Shown here one piece after another: positions 18,921 through 28,404 of a stretch of 64,000 bases of DNA. Within the stretch, counting starts at the first letter, position 1; the number at the start of each line of letters is the position of its first letter. The translations under genes were made by a program, and so were the position numbers. The notes beneath the pieces were generated by a model that saw only the letters and a list, made by a program, of their open reading frames with translations, made no database searches and had not been told where the DNA came from. Source of the stretch: a phage; the sequence record PQ478073.1; one strand, given 5' to 3'.

Positions 18921-19151
18921 ATGAAAGTTGAAGTTCAGCATAGTATTGTTCAGGATATGTCAGTAGTTAAATTTCTTTCTCTGAAAGATTACTTCAGATG
19001 TATCAAGTTCCTAGAAGAATCTCAATTACAGTGGACCCCATTAAAGTACAGTTCATCCAATGATACTGCTAGTATTCGTTGTGATGAATCTGTACTTGTG
19101 AAAATCTCCAAGCGATTTGGAGTAGGAAAAGTTAATGAGCACAGTAAGTGA
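18921..19151 (+). CDS. hypothetical protein
   Basis: ORF track; AAGGAG RBS. Confidence 0.5.
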   Translation: MKVEVQHSIVQDMSVVKFLSLKDYFRCIKFLEESQLQWTPLKYSSSNDTASIRCDESVLVKISKRFGVGKVNEHSK

Positions 19152-19389
19152 CCTAAAATACTACAACAAAACTGCGGATACGTTTATTACTCATTTATAT
19201 GAAGAATTTAGTCGTATCCGTGAGGAATATACAGGTAAATGTATTTTATATAGTTCTTATCATAGTGGTGGAATTGAAAGTGCTTACATTACTAAAGTGA
19301 AGTTTTCTGATGACTATCAATTACTCTTTGAATTAGATGATTGTTTCGTTATTGAAGCTTGTTTGATAGTGGATGTTCTAGATAATTGA
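19135..19389 (+). CDS. hypothetical protein
   Basis: ORF track. Confidence 0.5.
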   Translation: MSTVSDLKYYNKTADTFITHLYEEFSRIREEYTGKCILYSSYHSGGIESAYITKVKFSDDYQLLFELDDCFVIEACLIVDVLDN

Positions 19390-19395
19390 GGACAT

Positions 19396-19710
19396 ATGAA
19401 TAAAGAACTTGCATTTGAGAGGATCGAAAAGTTAAAGTACATTGAAAAGGAACTAATAGAATCTGTCGAATCAATGGTCGAAGATTACGTTTTCGATTTT
19501 AAGAAAACATTGATTGGATGTAAAGTTAAATGCTGGGATCATACAATCAGAGAATGGTTCAGTACTATAATTCTTGATGTTAAAGTATCGCGTACTGCTA
19601 TTGGTAATTTAGTAAATGGTGAATGCTTTGTATACACTGAATACAATAACGGAACAAGAAACCTTTCAAGAGGATGGCACAAACTCGAAGATGTAGAATT
19701 CATTGAGTAA
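19396..19710 (+). CDS. hypothetical protein
   Basis: ORF track; GAGGA RBS. Confidence 0.55.
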   Translation: MNKELAFERIEKLKYIEKELIESVESMVEDYVFDFKKTLIGCKVKCWDHTIREWFSTIILDVKVSRTAIGNLVNGECFVYTEYNNGTRNLSRGWHKLEDVEFIE

Positions 19711-19722
19711 CAAGGAGTAATA

Positions 19723-20655
19723 ATGCCAACTATTACACTAACAGTTGGATTACCTGGGTGTGGTAAAACCACATGGGCAGTTCAAGAAATTAAAAATGCC
19801 AAATCCAAGACTATCAACATCAACCGTGATGATATTCGTGAATCTATGGCTGGGTCACATGATGCTTACAAATTCAACGATGCTAATGAGCAGTACGTAA
19901 CTAATTTACAGTTCAGTGCAGCAAATTCAGCAGCAGAGAATGGTTGGAACATCATCATATCCGATACAAACCTTAAACAACATTTCCGTAATCTCTGGAA
20001 AGTATGGGCTAAAGATAATGGTTATGATTACAAAGAAAAGAACTTCTATGATGATTTTGTACCTAATGAAGACCGTGGTGCAGATGTTCATGAATTCTTT
20101 AAGATTAAAGAGTTCGTAAAACTTTGTAAGAAATATAACCTCCAGCGTGAGCGTTCAGTACAAGATGATATCATTGACACAATGGCAGATACGTACTATT
20201 ATAGTAAGGCATTGCACATTGGTTACTATGGTAATTCACGAGAAGCTGCTGTTATCGTTGATATTGACGGTACTCTTGCTCATAAATGGGGTCGTAATCC
20301 TTACGATGAAAGTACTGTTCTTCAGGATACACCTGATGAAGAAGTTATTTTGTCTATTATCGCTGAAGCAGTTTTTCATAAACGCAAGATTATCGTCATG
20401 AGTGGGCGTACTGAAGGGTGTCGTGCTGATACCGAACAGTGGCTTAAGAATTGGGGTGTTCCTTACGATGCATTGTTTATGCGAGATATCGATGATAAAC
20501 GTCCTGATGATGTTGTAAAATTCGACCTGTACATGAAAAATGTGGTTGATCATTACGATGTTAAAAAGGTATATGATGACCGAGCACAAGTCGTATTCAT
20601 GTGGCGTAAGCTACTTGGCTTGAAAGTTTTTCAAGTTGCAGAAGGAAATTTCTAA
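19723..20655 (+). CDS. pnk: polynucleotide 5'-kinase / 3'-phosphatase (T4 Pnk type)
   Basis: Walker A GLPGCGKTT; HAD-phosphatase motif DIDGTL; ends QVAEGNF like T4 Pnk. Confidence 0.88.
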   Translation: MPTITLTVGLPGCGKTTWAVQEIKNAKSKTININRDDIRESMAGSHDAYKFNDANEQYVTNLQFSAANSAAENGWNIIISDTNLKQHFRNLWKVWAKDNGYDYKEKNFYDDFVPNEDRGADVHEFFKIKEFVKLCKKYNLQRERSVQDDIIDTMADTYYYSKALHIGYYGNSREAAVIVDIDGTLAHKWGRNPYDESTVLQDTPDEEVILSIIAEAVFHKRKIIVMSGRTEGCRADTEQWLKNWGVPYDALFMRDIDDKRPDDVVKFDLYMKNVVDHYDVKKVYDDRAQVVFMWRKLLGLKVFQVAEGNF

Positions 20656-20660
20656 TACAA

Positions 20661-20690
20661 AAGGGATCATATGTTGGTCCCTTTTTCTTT
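20661..20690 (+). terminator. rho-independent terminator
   Basis: stem AGGGA/TCCCT then T-run. Confidence 0.55.
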
Positions 20691-20704
20691 TAAGGAATAT
20701 TATA

Positions 20705-20881
20705 ATGAATGTAAAAACACAGATGTTATTACAAAAAGAATACTTAGAAAATATAGAAATGTTCTATAGATTGTCTTTATACGAAAATAAACATAAAAAA
20801 TATAGCTTTTCTAAACATCTAAACACAAGTACTGATGATTATCTATTTTCATCAATGTTTTATGTGAGAGGTTTATTATAA
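20705..20881 (+). CDS. hypothetical small protein (start moved from 20636)
   Basis: AAGGA RBS before ATG at 20705. Confidence 0.4.
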   Translation: MNVKTQMLLQKEYLENIEMFYRLSLYENKHKKYSFSKHLNTSTDDYLFSSMFYVRGLL

Positions 20882-21141
20882 TGGATAAATTTCACACAGA
20901 TATAACACAGATAGGTAATCTTATCAATAGTCTAATTACTGATTTAGAAGAAAAGTATTTAGGTCGAAATGTATACGTAGAAATGTATGAAACATATGGT
21001 GTTATTGATATGATTTATTACAGTGCATTGAAGTGTGAAATACGTTTAACAGTATGTTTGTTTGAAAAAAATACATTCAACAGAAGTACTGCAATTCGCC
21101 AAGTTGGAGTTGATGATATAGAATTATACGAGGAACAATGA
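20881..21141 (+). CDS. hypothetical small protein, loose family B
   Basis: ORF track. Confidence 0.55.
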   Translation: MDKFHTDITQIGNLINSLITDLEEKYLGRNVYVEMYETYGVIDMIYYSALKCEIRLTVCLFEKNTFNRSTAIRQVGVDDIELYEEQ

Positions 21142-21392
21142 TGTTTGAGCAGGACTTAGAGATATTCAAAAGTCATATTGATTACTTGACTATATTAGAA
21201 AATGATTTAACTACAAAGTACAAAGGTATTCGTGTTCTGTGCTGGTATGATGATTGGGATTATAAACGTGAACTCACTATTGATCGAATTTATTTCAGTG
21301 ACGGTGTACTAAATGTACATGGTGTAAATGATTTTGGTCATTCATATACATATTCTAATAATGCTAAATTTAAAAGGATCTACAATGAATGA
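21138..21392 (+). CDS. hypothetical small protein, loose family B
   Basis: ORF track; ATGA coupling. Confidence 0.55.
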   Translation: MMFEQDLEIFKSHIDYLTILENDLTTKYKGIRVLCWYDDWDYKRELTIDRIYFSDGVLNVHGVNDFGHSYTYSNNAKFKRIYNE

Positions 21393-21687
21393 ATATTATC
21401 ATAATTTATTCGATTACATAAAACTAATAGATGATCTTTCTTTTGAATTTCTCAGTACTGAAAAAGTTCTTGAACCTCTCTATTATGATTGTATTAGTTC
21501 ACTATGTTTAGATGAAAAAGAGATATTAGCAAACAACTTACCATCCACGGTCTGTACAATCAATGGTTCCAAGGCATTAGTGTGCGAGGTTAATTTTCAT
21601 AAATCACTTAATACAATTGTTTACAAGTTCGATAACACTTGGGTAAATCATGTAACCAGTAATATTAAATCTGTGAGATTTTTATGA
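21385..21687 (+). CDS. hypothetical protein (start moved from 21328)
   Basis: AAAGGA RBS before ATG at 21385. Confidence 0.5.
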   Translation: MNEYYHNLFDYIKLIDDLSFEFLSTEKVLEPLYYDCISSLCLDEKEILANNLPSTVCTINGSKALVCEVNFHKSLNTIVYKFDNTWVNHVTSNIKSVRFL

Positions 21688-21980
21688 ATATAAAAAAATT
21701 ATTTGAACAAGTAAATTTATTGTACTGGTGTTCAGACGGTTCAGATAAGGAATATAGTGAAGTTTATTTAGAAATGTTTAGAACTGAAATTCATCAAATT
21801 CGAAGATACCTAATTGATAACAAAACTAAAGTACAAGTAAGATACCATAACGGTACTTTAAAGAATGGTGTAATTATTGGATTGATAGTTACACGAATGT
21901 CTAATAATATTAAAGTTGCAGTTAGATTAATGACTGATGATGGTGTCTACACAATAGAAGCTAGTGAGATTATATATTAA
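21684..21980 (+). CDS. hypothetical small protein
   Basis: ORF track; ATGA coupling. Confidence 0.55.
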   Translation: MNIKKLFEQVNLLYWCSDGSDKEYSEVYLEMFRTEIHQIRRYLIDNKTKVQVRYHNGTLKNGVIIGLIVTRMSNNIKVAVRLMTDDGVYTIEASEIIY

Positions 21981-22286
21981 ATGGATATACAAACATTCAA
22001 TAAACTTAAGTACTATGATGATGGTTTTGCATTAATAATTAACGAACTTGATGGAATACCATACGAATATCATAATCAAGTAATGAAGATAATAAAATGT
22101 ATATGTGAAGAATTAAAAAGTATATTTAAAAATGAATATGTTTATGATTTAGGTAATAATAGCAAAAAACTATACATAAAGAAATTCTGGGGAACGCATT
22201 GCGGTTTGATGGTCGATTTAGGTTTAAGTTTAGACGATAATTCTGAATCATGTTCATTATATATAGATGAAATGCGAATATCATGA
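21981..22286 (+). CDS. hypothetical small protein
   Basis: ORF track. Confidence 0.55.
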   Translation: MDIQTFNKLKYYDDGFALIINELDGIPYEYHNQVMKIIKCICEELKSIFKNEYVYDLGNNSKKLYIKKFWGTHCGLMVDLGLSLDDNSESCSLYIDEMRIS

Positions 22287-22312
22287 GACGTATCAGAATT
22301 CGGTGATATAAT
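22284..22312 (+). promoter_or_regulatory. sigma70-like promoter TGAGAC-17-TATAAT with TGn extension
   Basis: same architecture as at 8432; -10 flanked by inverted repeat GGTGAT/ATCACC. Confidence 0.5.
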
Positions 22313-22343
22313 TTGATTACATCACCAATAGGGAGAAGTTGAA

Positions 22344-22670
22344 GTGAATGGTTCGTTTTTAACAATATTAGAAAAGACAACCGAGATGCTTTCTAGCTCG
22401 TTAATGCAGATTTTCAGTACTAATAATTTATACAATACCCAGGTGTTAGATTCAATTAATAATAACTATGTGGTAAGTATATCTGATGAAATATGTCCAT
22501 TTAACGCGTATTCAATTTATAGTGTAGAAGAGTTTCATATATCCGAGATTCGATGTGGTTTTGGTGCTTGGTTAGTTCTAAATGAACGTTCAGGGTTGTC
22601 TTTATACATCGAAGAAGTTAGTAAATTTATATACAAAGGAGTAGAATATGTTAACCCCAATTATTCTTAG
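22344..22670 (+). CDS. hypothetical protein, apparent GTG start
   Basis: ORF track; GGGAG RBS 8 nt upstream of GTG. Confidence 0.5.
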   Translation: MNGSFLTILEKTTEMLSSSLMQIFSTNNLYNTQVLDSINNNYVVSISDEICPFNAYSIYSVEEFHISEIRCGFGAWLVLNERSGLSLYIEEVSKFIYKGVEYVNPNYS

Positions 22671-23289
22671 CAGTGCATATGTAATCGGTATTATTATTTC
22701 TGGTATGCTTGCATATAACTATAACCGAAGTGTTCTAGGTTATGTAGTACTTGGTACAGTACTAAGTCCAGTGATTGCCATTGGTCTTCTTGTTATGCTA
22801 GGTGAGAAAAATACAAGCTTCTTTATTACTAAAGAACTTGATAAAATCACTCCAGCACCAGAAACAGTTATTCCAGAAGTTAAAGAAGAAGTTAAAGAAG
22901 AAGTTAAAGAAGTTGAAGTTCAAATGCAAGTTAAAGTGTATAATACACTTGAAGAAACTGATCCTAAAGTTGTAGTGAATGTAGTTCCAGTCGTTGAAGA
23001 TGTGAAACCAAAAGCTCCTAAAGTACAGAAAAATACTAAAACTGCAAAGAAAGCTCGTTACACTAAAGGTAAGAACAAAGGTAAATCTAAGGATGAACCA
23101 CAACTAGGTGTTCATGACCATACTGCACAAATTGCAACGGCAGCGACCGCAGCAGCAATCGTAACATCACCAATCTACAACAATGATGATTACAGTGATT
23201 ATAGCCGTCACAGCAGTTCTTCCTCTGATTCTTGTTCCTATGATAGCTCTAGTTCTGATTCAAGTTCATCGTCTGGAAGTTGTGATTAA
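22648..23289 (+). CDS. membrane-anchored protein with KEEVKEEVKE repeats and Ser-rich C-terminal tail
   Basis: ORF track; two N-terminal hydrophobic segments; low-complexity C-terminal half. Confidence 0.55.
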   Translation: MLTPIILSSAYVIGIIISGMLAYNYNRSVLGYVVLGTVLSPVIAIGLLVMLGEKNTSFFITKELDKITPAPETVIPEVKEEVKEEVKEVEVQMQVKVYNTLEETDPKVVVNVVPVVEDVKPKAPKVQKNTKTAKKARYTKGKNKGKSKDEPQLGVHDHTAQIATAATAAAIVTSPIYNNDDYSDYSRHSSSSSDSCSYDSSSSDSSSSSGSCD

Positions 23290-23618
23290 TGTCAATGAAA
23301 CCACTAATTCAACATAATATTTTTTATAGGTCATTATTCAAAATTCAAGATGATTTTTATCAGACGTTGAGTAATGATCTTATAGGTAAAACTGTACGAT
23401 ATTCGGAACAATACATCAAACGTATGACAAGTGAGTATATTGACCCTGAATACGAATACGACATTGAACACATTAATCCCAATACTAGAATGAAAATCAT
23501 TGAGATATTTAAGAATGGGAGAACTATAGGTGCTGAAATTGAGTACTTGAATTGTGATTGTTACATAGATACCGAGTTGAGTTTGGATTATCTTGTTTTA
23601 GTGGATGATGAGGAATAA
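23289..23618 (+). CDS. hypothetical small protein, loose family B
   Basis: ORF track. Confidence 0.55.
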   Translation: MSMKPLIQHNIFYRSLFKIQDDFYQTLSNDLIGKTVRYSEQYIKRMTSEYIDPEYEYDIEHINPNTRMKIIEIFKNGRTIGAEIEYLNCDCYIDTELSLDYLVLVDDEE

Positions 23619-23620
23619 TT

Positions 23621-23836
23621 ATGATAACATTTTTTGCAATATATGGATTTGTAGCATTTGTTACATTTATAACCAACTTTCTAGTACTCAATTGGGGTTG
23701 TTTTAAAGATGAAATCATGATTATCATGAATCTCCAAACAGCAGCACTGATGGCTATTATTTGGCCTGTAACATTAGTATATATTTTTATTTCACTTACC
23801 CAAGATATTATTAACAAATATAAGAGAAAGAAATAA
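23621..23836 (+). CDS. small two-TM membrane protein
   Basis: ORF track; hydrophobic segments. Confidence 0.5.
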   Translation: MITFFAIYGFVAFVTFITNFLVLNWGCFKDEIMIIMNLQTAALMAIIWPVTLVYIFISLTQDIINKYKRKK

Positions 23837-24087
23837 TGTTCAACACTGACTTATCACATCTGCGATATCTTATGTCTTTGGCTGATGATTTTATAAATGA
23901 TCTGAAGCCAAAATATATTGGTCAAGAAGTACGATTAATAAACTCCAGAGGGTATGGAAAGTATATTATTACTGATATGTATATTAGTGGTGGTGAATGG
24001 CGTTTTAAAATTAATACTTATCTTAAAGATGGTTCTTTTGCTGGAACACAAGTTACTAAACACACTAATATTATATGGTTGGAGTAA
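23836..24087 (+). CDS. hypothetical small protein, loose family B
   Basis: ORF track. Confidence 0.55.
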   Translation: MFNTDLSHLRYLMSLADDFINDLKPKYIGQEVRLINSRGYGKYIITDMYISGGEWRFKINTYLKDGSFAGTQVTKHTNIIWLE

Positions 24088-24089
24088 TA

Positions 24090-24833
24090 ATGAAACACTT
24101 CTTAGAAGTAACCGTACCTGATGATAAAGATTTATACATTGTAGGTGATTTGCATGGTAATGGTAAACTATGGGATGCTACAGTGAAAGAATTTGGTATT
24201 ACACACAATGATTATGTTTTCAGTGTAGGTGATATTATCGACCGTGGAGAACAAAATTCAAAGCTCCTTTTTGAATTTTTGTTCGGAGAAAATCGTTACA
24301 TGATTGCGGGTAATCATGAGATGATGTGCGTTGATTCGGAAACACTTCGAGATTGGTATCATTGTTGGATAAGTAATGGTGGTGATAAATTCCTTGATGA
24401 AGTTGGAGGAACAGGCATTCAATTCTTTCGTCAGTACTTAAAGGATCTCCCTATGATTATCCAAATCAATCACCGAGGATTGAAGATTGGGTTAGTTCAT
24501 GCTGGAGTTCCGTTGGAATATACAACATGGGAACGATTTGTTAATGGGACAAAATCACTTAGTGCTGATATAATTGATAAGTGCTTGTGGGATAGAAAAA
24601 CATTCGATTATTGTAGAACTAATAATACATATTATGCACCTAAGTTAGATGGAGTGCATTGTGTCTTTAGTGGACATACAGCAGTTACAGATCCACTAAT
24701 TTACGGTAATCGCATTTGGATTGATAGTCAGTTCTTGACGGGTGACTTAACTCTCGCTACTCCACAAAGTGGTGGAATGAGATACTTACGTAAAGAAAAA
24801 GATGAGTACTCATTCAATCGTTTCAAAAGGTAA
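24090..24833 (+). CDS. Ser/Thr protein phosphatase (PPP-family metallophosphatase)
   Basis: GDLHG, GDIIDRG, GNHE motifs; GGAG RBS before ATG at 24090. Confidence 0.8.
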   Translation: MKHFLEVTVPDDKDLYIVGDLHGNGKLWDATVKEFGITHNDYVFSVGDIIDRGEQNSKLLFEFLFGENRYMIAGNHEMMCVDSETLRDWYHCWISNGGDKFLDEVGGTGIQFFRQYLKDLPMIIQINHRGLKIGLVHAGVPLEYTTWERFVNGTKSLSADIIDKCLWDRKTFDYCRTNNTYYAPKLDGVHCVFSGHTAVTDPLIYGNRIWIDSQFLTGDLTLATPQSGGMRYLRKEKDEYSFNRFKR

Positions 24834-24838
24834 TAATT

Positions 24839-25108
24839 ATGCATGATGTAGTTAAAAAATATTTGAATGATAGATATATTATGAAAAAATCTATTAATTC
24901 TATCCTAAAAGACCATGCTAATCAAATACGTGAGATTCTATCAAATAAACTTATTGGTTGTTCAGTTGAGTTCAACTACAAAAAGAATGTCGTGAAGATT
25001 GGAGTTATTAAACGTGTAGTTGCTGTTTATGACCAAAATGTATATGTTGAAATTGAATATGATGGTAAATTATCACAATTAAGTACTGAAGATTTAACAT
25101 TTTTATAA
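24839..25108 (+). CDS. hypothetical small protein, loose family B
   Basis: ORF track. Confidence 0.55.
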   Translation: MHDVVKKYLNDRYIMKKSINSILKDHANQIREILSNKLIGCSVEFNYKKNVVKIGVIKRVVAVYDQNVYVEIEYDGKLSQLSTEDLTFL

Positions 25109-25118
25109 GGAAATAGAA

Positions 25119-25346
25119 ATGAAAGTAATTCAAGTTATGGTAGAAAAATACCAAACTGAAGATGGTCGTATTTTTGATTCAGCTAAACAAGCTGAACACC
25201 ATGAACGTATTATTTCGGGTGCACGTAAAGTATGTCCTACATGTAATGGAACACAACAAGTACCGTCAGAAGATTACCGCAGCTTTTATGCTTGTCCACA
25301 CTGTGATGGGAAAGGCTACGTAGAAAAACAAGAGGTATGGAAATGA
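25119..25346 (+). CDS. small zinc-ribbon protein (CPTC ... CPHC)
   Basis: ORF track; two CxxC pairs. Confidence 0.55.
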   Translation: MKVIQVMVEKYQTEDGRIFDSAKQAEHHERIISGARKVCPTCNGTQQVPSEDYRSFYACPHCDGKGYVEKQEVWK

Positions 25347-25756
25347 AATTGTATTGTTTAACTAATATGTACTGCCAAGGTGTCCAAGCTGGTATTCAAG
25401 CATTCCATGCTGGTGTTAAACTAATTAAAGAATATGAAGGTACTGCTTTCAGTACTATTATTGATGAATGGTACTATGAACACGAAACTATTGTAGTACT
25501 AAATGCTGGTGGACATGATAAGTTAAATTTTTATTATAACAACCTTAGCAAACAGGGAAAAGTTCCGTTTGCCAAATTCAATGAAGCTGGATTGAATGAT
25601 GCTATTACCTGTGTAGCAGTACTGTGTACGTCTGAAATGATTGAAGACATGGCTGTTATGCGTATGAATCTTCCTGCTGGTGATCAACTAATGCAAGTAA
25701 AATATGGTGCATTGTTTGACACATTAAAAGCAATCAGCACAATGAGGACTATTTGA
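25343..25756 (+). CDS. hypothetical protein
   Basis: ORF track; ATGA coupling. Confidence 0.55.
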   Translation: MKLYCLTNMYCQGVQAGIQAFHAGVKLIKEYEGTAFSTIIDEWYYEHETIVVLNAGGHDKLNFYYNNLSKQGKVPFAKFNEAGLNDAITCVAVLCTSEMIEDMAVMRMNLPAGDQLMQVKYGALFDTLKAISTMRTI

Positions 25757-26955
25757 TGGATTTTCCAGAGAAGTTATTTGTTGCACGTTCCTATGTAAAC
25801 CACAACCAAGTTGATGGTTTTATTATCGATGCAACAAAATCACATACAAAAGCGTTTGAAACAAAGAAAGAGAGAGCAGAGTACTGGGCAAAGAAGAACA
25901 ATCTTCCATCGTTATATATTGACAACGTTCCAACTACGGGATTTTGTGTAGTTGATAAATTAACAACTCATGCACGAGAAACATATTTCACGATCCGTCA
26001 CCCAGAAGGATTTGAATTTATGATTAGTGCCAAAAACATGAATGATTTAATTATCAATAACGATATAATCAAAGGTGTTTTTGTAGACCCAATGTTTTTC
26101 AACAATAACTTAGAATTAATTAATGGTAAAACAAAAACGTTTGCTAAGTTAGTTGAAAAAGAAAATAAAAAAGAACAACAAAAAGAAACTGTAGCAGGTC
26201 TTAAAGTTGGTGATGGTTTCACTTATCTCAAAGAAGATTACTATTACTGCGGTAAAGTTCATGCAATTTGTATAAAGAAAACTAAAGAATTTGCATACCC
26301 CGACAAAAGTTCTGTTTATCATTTACTTTTCAACAGTACTCGTGGAACTTATGCATTGAATCAACGTTTGGATAATTACAATCTGGAACCTCGTGCACTC
26401 TTGAATAAGAAGACTACGGCAGATGAAGAAATTAAACTTGCTAATGATTTTTGGCAAAGCTATAGAACAAACAGACATAACCCATTAGGTGAATCTAACA
26501 TTCCAGTACTGGTACACAATAAATCATTTAAAGCAAAAGACCTAAAAATTAAATATGAAGAAATAAATGTTGATGATCTTATGAATAATGGACGTTTCAA
26601 CGAGAACGTACCATTTATGACTAAAGATAATGAACAAACATATCGCGTATTTTTTGGTGTAAGTAATAATACAACGCGTAGTTATTATGGGCGTAGTGGA
26701 GATTATAATATCCATTATAATGATAAATTTGAACGCTTTAGTGCATATCCAGTTCAAATTGATGATAATGGGATTATGGTAATGGATGTTGATATTAATG
26801 AACACTCATCATTTAGTACATGGAATGGCTATCGTTCCCCATTCTTCCCACCAAATGAACGCAAAACATCAAGTTCTCGTTACTACCAAGATAAGCCGTG
26901 TCACGTTCAACTATCAATTAGTAATCCACTTTATATTGGAAAGTATTATCTATAA
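25753..26955 (+). CDS. hypothetical protein (400 aa)
   Basis: ORF track; ATGA coupling. Confidence 0.7.
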   Translation: MMDFPEKLFVARSYVNHNQVDGFIIDATKSHTKAFETKKERAEYWAKKNNLPSLYIDNVPTTGFCVVDKLTTHARETYFTIRHPEGFEFMISAKNMNDLIINNDIIKGVFVDPMFFNNNLELINGKTKTFAKLVEKENKKEQQKETVAGLKVGDGFTYLKEDYYYCGKVHAICIKKTKEFAYPDKSSVYHLLFNSTRGTYALNQRLDNYNLEPRALLNKKTTADEEIKLANDFWQSYRTNRHNPLGESNIPVLVHNKSFKAKDLKIKYEEINVDDLMNNGRFNENVPFMTKDNEQTYRVFFGVSNNTTRSYYGRSGDYNIHYNDKFERFSAYPVQIDDNGIMVMDVDINEHSSFSTWNGYRSPFFPPNERKTSSSRYYQDKPCHVQLSISNPLYIGKYYL

Positions 26956-26966
26956 AGGAATATACA

Positions 26967-28385
26967 ATGAGCATTTTAGCAATTCTTGAAAGCATTAAAA
27001 ATACTAGCAGTACACTAGGCAAAAAAGCTATTCTTGAACAAAATAAAGATAATGTAACTTTACAAAAAGTACTGAAATATACTCTAGACCCTTCTATCGT
27101 TAGTGGCTATAAGAAGCTCCCTGCCGCTGATGACGTATATCAACATATGACGTTAGATGAAGCAATTGATAAGCTAGAATGCATTTACAAGCGTGATGTG
27201 ACAGGAAATGCGGGGCGTGATTTCATTGCTTCAGTACTGGGTTCTGTATCTGAAGATGATCAGGAAGTTCTCCGTAAAATGCTTACTAAAAACCTTGATT
27301 GTGGTATTCAAGAAAAGAACTGCAATGATGTATTTGGTAAAGGCTTTATTAAAGACGAACCATATATGCGTTGTTCTTTGATTGACAAAAAGACTGCAAA
27401 GAACATCAACTTCAAAGATTATGGTTACGCTATATCAGAAGTGAAAATGGATGGTCAGTACTTGAACCACGTTGTTATTAATGGTTCATTAACTTCTACA
27501 TCCCGTAATGGTAAACTATACGACTTCCTGGGTTGTCGTGATGGTGAGATGGCAGGTCTTGCTCACATCATCCAAAGTAAAGATGAACGTTTTAGTAGTG
27601 GTGTGGTCTTTATGGGGGAAGGTGTAGTACTGGACAATGATGGGGAAACAATTCTCCCACGCACTACTGGCAACGGTATAATTCAGAAAGCTGGAAAAGA
27701 TAGCATCAGTCAGAATGAAGCAATGCGTACTGTATTCGTTCTATGGGATGTTGTTCCATATGATGCATTTTGTGAAGGTGTATGGGATGTAAAACGTAAA
27801 GAACGTCGCGAGATCTTAGTAGATGCAATTAACGAACTCAATAGTGATTTTGTTCGTATGGTTGGATTCCGTAAAGTTCTAAACATCAAAGAAGCATTTG
27901 AGTACAATAGTGAACTAATGAACGAAGGTGAAGAGGGTTCAGTACTGAAATGTGAAGATGGTATCTGGAAATCTCACACTTCTCCGAAGCAGTTGAAAAT
28001 GAAATTGAAAATGCAACTAGACTTGCGTATTGTTGGTTTCAATGAAGGTGAAGGTAAACGTAAAGGAAGCCTAGGTTCTTTACAACTGGAAAGTGCTTGT
28101 GGTTCATTGAAAGTTAATGTGGGTACTGGTATCAAAGAGAAAGATGCTGAATGGACATTTAAAACCATTTGGGAAAGAATGCAAGAACTTATTGGTAAAG
28201 TGGTTACAGTTGAGTGTAATGACATTGTATTCGAGAAGCGTACTGGTGAGCCATCACTGTTCTTACCAGTGTTTATTGAATTTAGATTTGACAAAAACAC
28301 TTGTGACGACTATACTCGTATTTTAGAAATTCGTGATAGTGCTGTTGAGGTGTTCTCAAACAGTATCATTGAATCACTTGGCTAA
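26967..28385 (+). CDS. ATP-dependent DNA ligase (T4 gp30 type)
   Basis: adenylation motif EVKMDG; N-terminus parallels T4 ligase; AAAGGA RBS. Confidence 0.88.
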   Translation: MSILAILESIKNTSSTLGKKAILEQNKDNVTLQKVLKYTLDPSIVSGYKKLPAADDVYQHMTLDEAIDKLECIYKRDVTGNAGRDFIASVLGSVSEDDQEVLRKMLTKNLDCGIQEKNCNDVFGKGFIKDEPYMRCSLIDKKTAKNINFKDYGYAISEVKMDGQYLNHVVINGSLTSTSRNGKLYDFLGCRDGEMAGLAHIIQSKDERFSSGVVFMGEGVVLDNDGETILPRTTGNGIIQKAGKDSISQNEAMRTVFVLWDVVPYDAFCEGVWDVKRKERREILVDAINELNSDFVRMVGFRKVLNIKEAFEYNSELMNEGEEGSVLKCEDGIWKSHTSPKQLKMKLKMQLDLRIVGFNEGEGKRKGSLGSLQLESACGSLKVNVGTGIKEKDAEWTFKTIWERMQELIGKVVTVECNDIVFEKRTGEPSLFLPVFIEFRFDKNTCDDYTRILEIRDSAVEVFSNSIIESLG

Positions 28386-28404
28386 ACACTTATAGGAGGT
28401 AATT

